This document shows positions 26,490 to 43,300 of a DNA stretch of 64,000 nt, one piece after another (the stretch's first letter is position 1; each line of letters starts with the position of its first letter). The position numbers and the translations under genes were made by a program. Origin of the DNA: the human T2T-CHM13v2.0 reference genome, Homo sapiens. The DNA is taken from NCBI RefSeq assembly GCF_009914755.1, contig NC_060930.1; one strand, 5' to 3'. The notes below the pieces were generated by a model that was not told where the DNA came from, did no database searches, and saw only the letters and a program-made list of their open reading frames with translations.

Positions 26490-27050
26490 CCCTAAAATGA
26501 ATGTGTCATATTTCCCAGAAAAAAAAAAAACACAACTGCCTCTTCTCATAAATTGCCTTTCAACTACACTATCTACTCAGCCCAGAACTTTAGACACTAC
26601 CATCAGTTCTACCCTCCCTCTCATGCCCTACATCCAAGCAATCACCAAACCTTGGAAAACAAACTACTTCCCCAAAGCTTTGGGCTCTACCCACTTGCCT
26701 CAATTTCTACCATGTCTACCCAAATAAAGCCATGATCTCTCTACTGGATTATTAAAGTAATTACTTCACTGGTGCTCCTCTTACTGTTCTAGTTTTATTC
26801 CACTAATCCATTCTCCACACTATAATTAGAGTGATCTTTTTGAAACGCAAATTTGATTCTTTCAGTCACCTGCTTAAAACCCTATGCTCTTAGAATGGAA
26901 TAAAATCTTCCTACTAGATCCTTCCTAACATGGCCTCATCTTCTTCCCCAGGCTCATCTTTCACCACCACCACACTCTTTTATTACAACCTACCCATACT
27001 ATAAAGCTTCTAGGTCATTGAACATGCTGTGAGCTGTATTTCACTACCGA
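26490..27050. mobile_element. L2 fragment
   Basis: 'ccattctccacactataattagagtgatctttttgaaacgcaaatttgat...cctgcttaaaaccct' is typical of L2. Confidence 0.7.
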
Positions 27051-27241
27051 AAATTGGCCAGGATTTTATCTGTATCTCTAATATTTTAACAGCCTGTTAT
27101 ATAAAAATCTTCCTTTTCCTATCCTGTCTGAACCAGGATGAATTGGGTAGAAAAACCCTAATGTAAACATAGGGATAGCATTTTTTTTCTATTATTGGGC
27201 CACTTTGCTTAAACATTACATGCAATTTGCATATGAGCCAG

Positions 27242-30274
<3,033 letters not shown>

Positions 30275-31615
30275 TGAGCCAGGAGCTTATTTGAACCAGC
30301 CTCACTGATGAGCTGTTAAATTCAAACAATTATAGGGTATGAATCAAAAATAAATGTAATTTTCATCACTGCTGTCTTCTCTCAGGGGGCACTCACAAGA
30401 GATTCACTTATGACCACCAATTCTACTCATTTCCCCAATTCACTCATCACCAAAAACCTACAGGCAAAACATTTAATATTCTTTTGTTTCCATAGCCCCA
30501 CTTTCTCTAAGCTCTGAACTGTGTGAGTAAATCTGACCTCTCTGGGCTTCTTTTAAGTTCACTTGCTTCACTCATTGTTCTAATTCTCTACAAAATGCAT
30601 GCTCAAGGATTTAATGGAACAAGAATGTGAATTGGAAACGGGGAAATTCTGAAGATGCACATTAAGAACTTTTCTCCACTGCATATTTATATTTTTGTCT
30701 GTTACATACATATCACAGTGTTTCAGTGGTGCAATCACAATGTTTTTGTTGAGGAAAATATCAAAGAGCTGTCTAAAATATCAATGGAATGTCAAGAGAA
30801 CTGATTTAAACTTTATTTTGCTGAAAAATACATGAACAACAAAATGGAAGAAGGCGCTGACAAATACGAAAGAGTGACACTCAACTGAAAAAAAGATTAT
30901 AAATAAGGTGCAAGATCTCAGTGAGCTGAGATCTGCCTTAATATTAAGGGAAATAGCAAACATTTCTACTATAAAATTTGTTTCCTTCCCTCAGCTTAAA
31001 AATTATGCTTATCTATTACTTTGGAGCCCACATGGTAGATAGACAAACTCAATATCTGTTCTAACAGATATTGACAGTGTTTACCTGTTCCTCCTTGAGT
31101 GTTTACCTTTGCTGCAGAAGCTGGAAAGTAATAACTACATTTCCTAGGTTCCCTTGCAGCTAAACTTCAGAATGATTTAGGTTCTACCAGTCAGATACTC
31201 TTTTGTGAAGCTTGAATGTAGAACAGAGGACAAGTATACATATTATAGTATTATTTTTTAAAGCCTAGTCTAGTGATATTTTATGCTGCCAGTCCATTAT
31301 ACTTTTGCTCCCATTCTTATTTATACTACTTTTCATTTGCATATTTTTGTAAGCCACCTTAAGAACTTTCAAGAACAGTCAATGTTGAGCATGTACTTTT
31401 AGATAATTTTGAACACTCTTATGTCCAATAATATTATCAAAAATCTTCTCCAAGAGCATTATATAAAAGTTTTTAAACTCTTGGCTAGTCTGATGCTTAG
31501 AAAAAGCCATCTCATTGTGTTTTAATTTATATTTACCTAGTTTTTGAAGGTGTTGATTTTTTTAATGCTTTTTAGAAGTTTATGGACCTTCTTTGGAAAA
31601 ATTAAAATTCATGCC

Positions 31616-32353
31616 TACTGGAGTTTGAATTCATCCCCCAAAGCTTATTTGTTAGAAACTTAATCCCCAATGCATCAGTATTGAGAGATGGGACCTTTAA
31701 GATGTGATTAGGTCATGAAAACTCTGACCTCATGAATAAATTAATGTTCTTATTGCAGAAGTGGATTTGTTATCATTAAAATGGGTTTATTATAAAAGGG
31801 AGTTCAGCCCTCTCACAGATAGTTTCTCCCCATTAAATGCCTTACACCATGGGATAACACAGCACAAAGGTCCTCACCAGATGCCAGCACCTTGATATGA
31901 GACTTCCCAGGCTCCCAAATTGTGAGAAATTTTTTTCTTCATGAATTACCCAGTGATATGGTCTGGCTTTGTGTCCCCATCCAGATCTCATCTTGAATTG
32001 TACTCCCATAATTCCCACGTGTTGTGGGAGGGACCCAGTGGGCGATAATTTGAACTATGGGGGCAGTTTCCCTCATGCTGTCTTCATGGTAGTGAATAAG
32101 TCTCATGAGATCTGATGGTTTTATCAGGGGTTTCTACTTTTGCTTCTCCCATTTTCTCTTGTCACCATTATGTAAGAAGGGCCTTTAGCCTCCCGCCATG
32201 ATTCTGAAGCCTCCCCAGCCATGTGGAACTGTAAGTCCAATTAAACCTCTTTTTCTTCCCAGTCTTGCATATGTCTTCATCAGCAGCACGAAAACGGAGT
32301 AACACACCCAGTCTGTGGTATTTTGTTATAGCAACACAAAACAGACTAAGACA
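31616..32353 (+). mobile_element. MST (MSTC/D-like) LTR, interrupted by THE1
   Basis: 'gaaacttaatccccaatgca...gggacctttaag'; ends 'ttttgttatagcaacacaaaacagactaagaca'. Confidence 0.8.
31954..32306 (+). mobile_element. THE1A-like solo LTR
   Basis: TGATATGG...TAACACA termini; perfect 5-bp TSD CCCAG (31949-31953, 32307-32311). Confidence 0.9.
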
Positions 32354-32899
32354 ATGTCCTTTGTTCATTTATCTATTAAGACTTTATATTAAAACATATT
32401 GTCATTATTTGGAGGATATTATTTATTACTTTTTCATTGCATGTATCTTTCTAATATATTTGTTAGATTTTAACAGTATCTGGGTTATTGTTCTTGTTTT
32501 TTTCTTAACTGTGTTGAAAGTAGTTCATTGGGAGCCAAGGCAACATGGGAAGTCATATGGTTAAATACAACAATGAAAGCACATAAAGCAGAATTGTTCA
32601 ACACTTAGACATTATTTAGATATTTCATTTTTGAAAGATAGAGTGAACACTGAAAAAAATTAACTCAAGCCTTAAAAGGTGAGGAAGAAAACTTAAAACA
32701 AGTTGTGAATCAAGTATTACCACATAACTGCATTTAGTAATGTTTTAAAGGCTGTGAAGGAAAAGAGAGACAATAAAAGCCTAGAAATGAGAACATATTG
32801 TTTCCATGTCCAGAGAATGAGAAAAAGATAGATGTAAAAACTATACAGTCAGCTTGATATTATATCCTGAAAAAATCCTAGCCCTGCTAACTAAATAGA

Positions 32900-33170
32900 T
32901 GATTTGTAAATATTTAAGAAGAGTGATCTGAGAGAACTATGACATTCCTAAATTGGTATATTTTCCTCTCTGCTCAGATAACAAACAGCAGATCAGGAAA
33001 TTCTACCTTGTTGCATTTCAGCAGAATATTTGATAAATCTCTCATATATCATCGCTGTCAGGAAAAATGAGTATGGACTGCTGGGATAATTTGTAGCTGG
33101 CTAAACAATATTTCCCCCCAAATTTGATCATTTGAACTAAGAGAAGTTTCTTTAAGTGGCATTGTCAAAC
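32900..33170 (+). mobile_element. CR1/L3 ORF2 fragment (upstream part)
   Basis: 'tgcatttcagcagaatatttgataaatctctcat' resembles the CR1 RT motif LDFSKAFDKVSH. Confidence 0.55.
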
Positions 33171-33899
33171 TTTTTAGGTTGGAACATAAAATAGAACATA
33201 TGAAACAAATTTGAGTATGCATGCTTTTTATTTATTCATATATAAATTATTTACATACTTGAAATTATTTTAATAAAAATTTCATATATTTATCATGTAA
33301 AAATGATATTTTGAAATATGTATACATTGTGGAATGGCTCAGTTGAGAAAAGTAACTGATGTATTACCTAATATTCTTATTCTTTTTTTTGTGGTGCAAA
33401 CACTTAAAATGTTTTCTCTTTGAGATTTTCAATAAAATATACTGTTGTTAACTACAATCATCATGTTTTATAATTATTCCTCCTATCTAATTATAATTTT
33501 GTATAGTTTAACTAACATCTCCCTAACCCCACCCCTCAAAAATGCCCAGGCTTTGGTAACTACCATTCTACTATCTAATTCTATGACATCCATTTGTTTG
33601 AATTACACATATAAGTCAGATAATATGATATTTGTCTTTCTGTGCCTGGCTTATGTCACTAAACATAATGTCCATGTTGGTGCAAATGTAGGATTTCCCT
33701 TAATTAAGTCTCAGTAGTATTCCATTTTCTTTAACCACTCATCTGTTGCTGGACACTTAGGTTGATTCCATATCTTGGCTATTGTGAGTAATGCTGCAGT
33801 GAGCATGGGTGTGCAGATATCTCATAGGTATATTGATTTTATTTCCTTTGGACATATACCCAGAAATGGGATTACTGGATTATATAATAGGTCTATTTT

Positions 33900-34190
33900 T
33901 CTTAAAGGACAGGGACTTGTTCTGTCACCCATGATGGAGTGCAGTAGTGCAATCATAGCTCACTGCAGCCCTGAACTCCTGGGTCCAAGTGATCCTCTCA
34001 CCTCAGCCTCTCAACTAGCTGGGACTGCAGATGCACATCTAATAATTTCTATTTCTATTTTTATTTATTTTATTTTTTGTAGAGGTAGGATCTTGCTCAA
34101 ATGGGTCTCAGGCTGCTAGGCTCAAATAATGCTCCCAACTCTGCCTCCTAAAGTGCTGGGATTACAGGTATGAGACACCATGCCCAGTCC
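33900..34190 (-). mobile_element. AluJ
   Basis: Diverged Alu with AluJ-type 'gcaatcatagctcactgcagcc'. Confidence 0.85.
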
Positions 34191-34310
34191 AATAAAATAA
34201 TTCTATTTTTTAATTATTGAGGAACTTTTTACTGTTTTCCATAATAGCTGTATCATCAGATGAGGATCCCTCCAAATTTTATAATTTTTTTATTTCTTTG
34301 AAAAATATTG

Positions 34311-34556
34311 AGTTCAGGCACAGTGGCTCATGCCTGTATCCCAGTGCTTTGGGAGGCTGACGTGGGAGCATCAGTTGAGGCTAGGAGTTTGAAACCAGCC
34401 TGGACAACATCACAAGATCCTATTTCCAAAAAAAAAAAAAAAAAAAACGTAAATTACCAGCTAGGCATGGTGGTGCATATCTGTAGTCCTAGCTACTAGG
34501 GATGCTGGGGAGGAAGCATTGCTTGAGCCTGGGATACAGAGCAAGACTTTATGTCA
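34311..34556 (+). mobile_element. AluJ with long central A-run
   Basis: 'caggcacagtggctcatgcctgta'; tail expanded into a purine tract. Confidence 0.8.
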
Positions 34557-34761
34557 GAAAGAAAGAAAGCAAGAAAGAGAAAGCAAGCAAGCAAGCAAGA
34601 AAAAGCACGCAAGCCAGAAAGAAAAAGAAAGAAAGAAAGGAAAGGAAGAAAGAAAAAAGGAAAGAAAGAAGGAAAGAAAGAAAAGAAAGAAAGAAAGAAA
34701 GGTGGAGAGGGAGGGATGGAGAGAGAGAGGGAGGGAATGAAGGAAAAGAAAGAAAGAGAAG
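34557..34761. repeat. (GAAA)n/(GCAA)n/(GGGA)n purine-rich tract from an Alu tail
   Basis: Direct reading. Confidence 0.9.
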
Positions 34762-37328
34762 TTATTGGAATTTTGATGTAGTTTTCATTGAATCTGTAGA
34801 ACTGTTTGGGTAGTATGGACATTTTAACACTATTAATTCTTCCAATCCATGAACATGGGATATCTTTCCATTCATTTGTGTCTTCTTTAACTTCTTTCAG
34901 CAATGTTTCATAATTTTGAGTGTACAGATCTTCCACTTTCTTAGTTAAATGTATTTCTGAGGGATTTTTTGTAGATATTGTAAATGGGATTGTTTCTACA
35001 ATTGCTTTTTCAGATAGTTTATTGGTAGGGTGTAGAAACACTATTGATTTTTGTATGTTAATTTTGTATCTTTCAACTTCACTGAATTTATTTTTTAGTT
35101 CTAACAGTTTTTTAGTGGAGTCTTTAGCATTTTCTATATATAAAATCATGTTCTCTCTAAAATTTATCTTTTCCTTTTCAATTTGGATGACTTTTATTTA
35201 TTTCTCTTGCCAAATTGCTGTGGCTAGAATATCCAGTACTAAGTTGAATAGAAGTTAGAAAAGTAGTCATCCTTGTCTTATTTCTGATTTTAGAGAAGCA
35301 CTTTTAACTTTTCACTGTTGCATATGTTAGCTGTGGGTTTGTCTTATATGGCCATTACTGTATTGAGGCACATTCCTCCTATACCCAATTTGTTGAAAGT
35401 TTTTATCATTAAATAATATTGAACTTTGTAAAATGCTTTTCCAGCATCAATTGTGATAATTATAGGCTTTTTGTCCTTCATTCTGTTAATGTGATGTATC
35501 GTATTTAAAGATTTGGATATGTTGAACCATCCCTGCTTCCCTGGGATAAATCTTCCTTCGTCATAATGAATAATCTTTTTAATGTGCTATTGAATTCAGT
35601 TTAGTAATCTTTATTGAGGATTTTTGCAATCACGTTAATCAGAGATATTTATCAGTAATTTATTTTTCTTATAGTATCATTGTCTGGTTTTGGTATTATA
35701 ATAATGCTGTCCTCATAAAATGGGTTTGAAAGTATTCACTCTTCAATATTTTGGAAGAGTTTGAGATGAACTGACATTAGTTCTTTAAATGTTTGGAAAA
35801 TTCAATAGTGATGCCATCAGATTCTTGGCTCTTCTTGGATGGGAGACTATTTATTACTGATTAAATCTCCTTTCTCATTATTTGTTCAAATTTTGTATTT
35901 CTTCATGATTCAGTCTTGGTATGTTGTATATGTCTATAAATTTATATATTTTTTAGATTATCCATTTTTGTCATCTAATTGTTTATAGTGGTCTCTTCAT
36001 ATTTCTGTATCAGTTGTAATGTTTCTCTTTTATTTTTATTTTATTTATTTGTCTTCTCTTTATTAGCCTAGCTGTCATTTTTATCTTTTTGAAAAACTCC
36101 ATTTCACGGATCTTTTCTATTGTTTTTCTAGTCTGTATTTTATTTCTGAACTGATATTTTTATTTGTTTCCTTCTACTAACCTTGGGCTTAGTTTGTTCT
36201 TCTTTTTCAAGTTTTTTGAGGTAAAATGTCAGGTTGTTTATTTAGGATTTTAGTTTTTTTTTTATGTAGTCAGGCATTTATTGCAATAAAAGTCCCTCTA
36301 AGAACTGCTTTTGCTGCATCCCATAAGTTTCGGCATATTGTGTCACCATTTTTGTTTGTCTCAAGATATTTTTAAATTTCTTCTTTAAATTTCTTCTTAT
36401 ACCCATTGGTTGTTCAGGAGCGTGTTGTCACCCAAGACTGCCTTGTATACAAATTCCCCTGAGTAAATCTTTGACCACTTACAAACCTGGAGCGGTCTGC
36501 CTCATTTTTAGGTCTGATCTTGTCTTGCACGTATAGAGGGTGATTTTCTATTCCAGAAGGTAGTTTTTCCAACACACGAAGGTAACATAACAGACTAGTT
36601 ATAACAGACTGTTTTAAGATAACAACAACATAACTTTAATCTCATTAAAAATTCAACATGTTTTACTTCTCCTCACATTTTCCCTTATTTTATTTTATTT
36701 CATTTATTTTTAAAGACACTTTTAATAAAAAAGCTCATCAGGAGGGTGAAACACAAATTTATCAGTTAAGTAACGACTTCTACGTAGCACTACATTTAGG
36801 ATAATTAACAGAAGGGCCATGAGCAAACTTATCATTTATATATTAAGCATTATATTTTACATTCAGCAAACTTCATGAAATGTCCTTTAATTTCATAGAC
36901 AACAATATGATACATATTGTATAAGAAGCACACAATAGTTTTGCAGTAAAGTTTCAAAGCATACGCAAATTGGAAAACAGAAGTTAAACACTAGTAAACT
37001 GACAGTATTTTTGAACTTCATATAAGCTGCATACAAAATTTACAATTCAAATATTAGCAAATCTGAAAACTTTACTTCTTATAATATAAAAATGATACTT
37101 TGACATGCATTTTTAATTAAATAAATTATAAAAACATTTAAAATGATCATTAAAAACAATGTTAGAATTTATAAACACCAGTTATAAAAATATTTTAGTA
37201 GTCACTTTTCTTCTAAGGGTACCATGAAGTATAACACAAAATAGTCTCTAACATAAAATTGCCTTAATAAGGGTACTATTTTAGATTCTGATAAATCTTA
37301 CATTAAATTTATTATAAAATCTTCTTGA

Positions 37329-40300
37329 GGGGTGGGGCCAAGATGGCCGACTAGAAAAAGAGGCGATCTGAGGATCCCATCGAAAAGAACCATAATAAGC
37401 GTGTGAATCCTTCACCGGCAACCAAGGTATCTGGGTTGTCTCATCAGAACTGACTAGGAGGCTGGTGTGATCCACAGAGAGGAAGAAAGAGCAGTGTGGT
37501 GTGGTGGCCCACCTGAGAGTCACACAGAGCAGGAGAGTCCCCACCCCCCAACCAAGGAAGGGGATGAGTTAACGTGCTACCCAGCCAGGCAAACCCACTC
37601 ATGAGTAGACACCACCAGCGCCCAGCATCCCAACCACAGAGCTGCGCAGATTCTCAACAGACTCTCAGCTGGAATCTGCTTAAGCCTACCGCACTCCCAG
37701 AGGGAGAGGCAACCAGCACTACAGCTGCAGCTGTCTTCTGTCTAAACTGTTTTAGCTCCTTGGGGAGGGCAGCAGCCATCACTGGGACTCAAAACTGCCT
37801 AACACGCTAAGCTCCTCGGGTGGAGGAAGGGTAGCATCCATCTCTATAGCTCCAGGCTGCACTTTTCCCCTGCCGAAGGCAGGGAGGCTGGACCACTTGG
37901 TCCCATCGAAGGCCTTTTCTGCATCTATTGAGATACTCATGTGGTTTTTGTCATTGATTCTGTTTATGTGATGGATTTTTGCATTGATGTTTATCAGGGA
38001 TATTGGCCTGAAATTTTCTTTTTTTGTTGTGTCTCTGCCAGGTTTTGGTATCAGGATGATACTGCCCTCATAAAATGAGTTAGGGAGGAATCCCTCTTTT
38101 TCTATTGTTTGGAATAGTTTCAGAAGGAATGGTACCAGCATCTCTTTGTACCTCTCATAGAATTCGGCTGTGAATCAGTCTGGTCCTGGGCTTTTTTGGT
38201 TGGTAGGCTATTAATTACTGCCTCAATTTCAAAGCCTGTTATTGGCCTGTTCAGGGATTCAACTTCTTCCTGGTTTAGTCTTGGGAGGGTGTATGTTTCC
38301 AGGAATTTCTCCATTTCTTCTAGATTTTCTAGTTTATTTGCATAGAGGTGTTTATGGTAGTCTCTGATGGTAGTTTGTATTTCTGTGGGATCAGTGGTGA
38401 TATCCCCTTTATCAATTTTTTGTCTATTTGATTCTTCTCTCTTTTCTTCTTTATTAGTCTGGTTAGCAGTCTATCTATTTTGTTAATCTTTTCAAAAAAC
38501 CAGCCCCAGGATTCATTGATTTTTTAAAGTGTTTTATTTTTGTGTGTGTGTCTCTATCTCCTTCAGCTCTGCTCTGATCTTAGTTATTTCCTATCTTCGT
38601 CCCAAGACATGTCCTCCACAGCCCAACACACTGTCTGTGGCAGACTGTGGCCACGGTGTCTCTTAAGGCCTGACCCTAACTCATCCTTCCTCACTGGGTG
38701 GGGCTTCTCTGCAGGAACTCCAATAACCCCAGCCAGAGGCTCAGAGACAGAACCCCGATCTCCTTGGTCCTGAGTCCCTAAGGTGAGGGGGACCCACAGT
38801 CTCCCTTTCCTCCTGGTAGTTCTGAGGAATCTGGGCAGCCCAGATGAATGGGTTTCCCCCAGTGAGGCACACCGCTTCTACCAAGTGGCAAAGTGCTTTG
38901 TTAAACGAGTCCTGTTCCACAAGCCACTCAACTGTGTGAGACCCTCTAACAAGGGTTGTCAGACACCCTATACAGGAGTGATTCTACTTGCAACAATTAG
39001 GCCCCATCAAGGTCAGATATCCCAGAAGAAGGAGCAGGCACCCATCTTTGCTGTTCTTCAGCCTCTTTGAGTGACATCTCCAGGTGCGGGAGCAAACCAG
39101 ATAAACAGGACCTAAAGTGAACCCCTAGCAAACTGAAGCAGCCCCACAGAAGAGGGACCTGAAAATCAAACAAACAGAAAGCAACAACAGCATCAACAAC
39201 AACAAAAAAGCCCCCACAAAAACTCCATTCAAGGGTCAGCAGCCTCAAAGATCGAAACTAGACAAATTCATGAAGATGAGAAAGAATTAATGAAAAGATA
39301 TTGACAACCCAAAAGGCCAGAATGACTCTTCTCCTACAAATGATCACAGTGTCTCTCTAGCAAGGGTGCAGAACTGGATGGAAGATGAGTTGGATGGATT
39401 GACGGAGTAGGCTTCAGAAGATGGGTAATAAAAAACTACAATGATCTAACGGAGCATGTTCTAACCCAATGCAAGGAAGCTAAGAAACTTGATAAAAAGC
39501 TAGAGGGGCTGCTAACTAGAATAACTAGTTTAGAGAGAAACATAAATGACCTGATGGAGCTGAAAAACACAGCACGGGAACTTTGTGAAGCATTCCCAAG
39601 TATCAATAGCTGAATCAACCAAGCAGAAAAAAGAATATGTGATTTTGAAGACCACCTTGCTGAAATAAGGAATGCAGACAAGACTAGAGAAAAAATGATA
39701 AAGAGGAATGAACAAACACTCCAAGAAATATGTGACTTATTAAAAAGACCAAACCAACGATTGATTGGGGTACATGAAGGAGACGCGGAGAATGGAAACA
39801 AGCTGGAAAACACACTTCAGGATACTATCCAGGAGAACTTTCCCAACTTAGCAAGACAGGCCAACATGCAAATTCAGGAAATACAGAGACCACTAAGATA
39901 CTCCACGAGAAGATCAACCCCAAGACACATAATCATCAGATTCTCCAAGGTTGAAATGAAGGAAAAAATGTTAAGGGCAGCCAGAGAGAAAGGTCAGGCC
40001 ACCTTCAAAGGGAAGCCCATCAGACTAACAGCAGACTTCTCAGCAGAAACTCTACAAGCCAGAAGATATTGGCAGCCAATATTTACCATTCTTAAAGAAA
40101 ATAATTTTCAACCCAGAATTTCATACCCAGCCAAACTAAGCTTCATATGAATGAAGCACTAAGTATGTAAAGGAAAAACTGGTACCAGCTACTACAAAAA
40201 CACACCAAAATATAAAGACCAATGACACTATGAAGAAACTGCATGAACTAGTGTACAAAATAACCAGATAGCATCATGATAACAGGACCAAATTCACACA

Positions 40301-43300
40301 TAACAATACTAACCTTAAATGTAAATGGGCTAAATGCTTCAATTAAAATACACAGACTGGCAAATTGGTGTGTTGTATTCAAGAGTCCCATCTCATGTGC
40401 AAAGACACACATGGCCCAAAATGAAGGGATGGAGGAAAATTTACCAAGAAAATGGAAAATAAAATCCTAGTTGCAATCCTAGTCTCTGACAAAACAGACT
40501 TTAAACCAACAAAGATCAAAAAAGACAAAGAAGAGGATTACCTAATGGTAAAGGGAACAATTCAACAAGAAGAGCTAACTATTCTAAATATATATGCATC
40601 CAATACAGGAGCACCCCGATTCATAAAACAAGTTTTTAGAGATGTATAATAGACTCCCACACAATAATATTGGGAGACTTTAACACCCCACTATCAATAT
40701 TAGACAGATCAATGAGACAGAAAATTAACAAGGACATTCAGGCCTTGAACTCAGCTCTAGATCGAGTGGACCTAATAGACATCTACAGAACTCTTCACCC
40801 CAAATCAACAGAATATACATTTTTCTCAGTGACACATGGCACTTATTCTAAAATTGACCACATAATTGGAAGTAAAACACTCCTCAGCAAATGCAAAAGA
40901 ACTGAAATAATAAAAACAGTCTCAGACCACAGTGCAATCAAATTAGAATTCTAGATTAAGAAACTCACTCAAAACCACACAATTACATGGAAATTGACCA
41001 ATGTGCTCCTGAATGTAAATAATGAAATTAAGGTAAAAATCAAGAAGTTCTTTGAAACCAATGAGAACAAAGAAACAATGTACCAGAATCTCTGGGACAC
41101 AGCTAAAACAGTGTTAAGAGGGAAATTTATGGCACTAAATAGACAGCTATAAAGATCTCAAATTGACACCCTAATACAGCAATTAAAAGAGCTAGAGGGG
41201 CAAGAACAAACTAATTCAAAAGCTAGCAGAAAACAAGAAATAACTAAGATTAGAGCAGAATTGAAGGAGATAGAGACAGAGAAAAGCCCTCCAAAAAATC
41301 AAGGAATCCAGGAGCTGATTTTTTTTTTTTGGAAAATTTAACAAAATAGACTGCTAGCTAGACTAATAAAGAAGAGAGAAGAATCAAATAGACACAATAA
41401 AAAAATGATAAAGAGGATATCACCACTGACCTCACAGAAATACAAACTACCATCAGAAAATACTATAAATACCTCTATGCAAATAAGCTAGAAAATTTAG
41501 AAGAAATGGATAAATTCCTGGACACATACACCCTCTCAAGACTAAACCAGGAAGACATTGAATCCATGAATAGACTTATAAAAAGTTCTGAAATTAATAG
41601 CCTACCAACCAAAAAAAGCACAGGACCAGAGAGATTGACATTCGAATTTTCCTGGAGGTACAAAGAGGGAGCTGGCACCATTCCTTCTGAAACTATTCCA
41701 AAAAATTGAAAAGGAGGGACTCCTCCCTAACATTTTATGAAGCCAGCATTTTCCTGATACCAAAACCTGGTAGAGACACAACAAAGAAAAGAAAGCTTCA
41801 GATCAATATTCCTCATGAACATTGATGCAAAAATCCTCAATAAAACATTGGCAAAGTGAATCCAGCAGCACATCAAAAAACTTATCCATCACAATCAAGT
41901 CAGCTTCATCCCTGGGATGCAAGGCTGGTTCAACATGTGTAAATCAATAAACATAATCCATCATATAAACAGAACCAAAGACAAAAACCATATGATTATG
42001 TCAATAGATGCAGAAAAGGCCTTTGATAAAATTCAACATCATTTCATGTTAGAAACTCTCAATAAGCTAGTTATTGATGGAAAATATCTCAAAATAATAA
42101 GAGCTACTTATGACAAACCCACAGCCAATATCATATTGAGTGGGCAAAAGCTGGAAGCATTCTCATTGAAAACCAGTACAAGACCAGGATGCCCTCTCTC
42201 ACTACTCCTATTTAATGTAGTATGGGAAATTCTGGTGAGGGCTCTCAGGCAAGAGAAAGACACAAAGGTTATTCAAATAGGAAGAGAGGAAGTCAAATTG
42301 TCTCTGTTAGCAGATGACATGATTTTATATTTAGAAAACCCCATCATCTCAACCCAAAAACTCCTTAAACTAATAAGCAACTTCAGCAAAGTCTCAGAAT
42401 ACAAAATCAATGTGCAAAAATGACAAGCATTCCTTTACACCAACAATAGACAAGCAGAGAACCAAATCATGAATAAAACCACATTCACAATTTCCACAAA
42501 AAGAATAAATACCTAGGAATACAGCTAACAAGGGATGTAAAGGACTTCTTCAACAACTACATACCACTGTTCAAGGAAATAAGAGAGGGCACAAACAAAT
42601 GGCAAAACATGCGATCCTCATGGATAGGAAGAATCAATATCCTGAAAATGGCCATACGGCCCAGAGTAATTTATAGATGCAATGCTATTCCCATTAAACT
42701 ACCATTGACATTCTTCACAGAATTAGAACAAACCACATTAAATTTTATATGGAATCAAAGAAGACCCCATATAGCTAAGATAATTCTAAGCAAAAAGAAC
42801 AAAGCTGGAAGCATCGTGCCACCTGACTTCAAACTATGCTCCAAGGCTACAGTAACTTAAACATCATGGTACTGGTACAAAAACAGGCATATAGAGCAGT
42901 GGAACAGAACAGAGACCTCAGAAATAACACTGCACCTCTACAACCATCTGATCTTAGACAAACCTGACAAAAGCAAGCAATGGGGAAAGGATTCCCTATT
43001 CAATAAATGGTGCTGGGAAAACTGGCCAGCCATATGCAGAAAACTGAAACTGGACCCCTTCCTTACACCTTGTACAAAAATTAACTCAAGATGGATTGAA
43101 GACTTAAATGTAAAACCCCAAACCCTAAAAATCCTAGAAGAAAACCTAGGCAATACCATTTAGGACACAGGCATGGGCAAAGACTTCACGATGAAAACGC
43201 CAAAAGCAAATGCAACAAAAGTCAAAATTGACAAATGAGATCTAATTAAACTAAAGAGCTTCTGCTCAGCAAAATAAACTATCATGTGAATGAACAGGCA

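Noticed and set aside
34496-35149. 217-aa ORF and overlapping K/E/R-rich ORFs
   Set aside because: L1MA ORF2 remnant reading into a simple repeat and an Alu.
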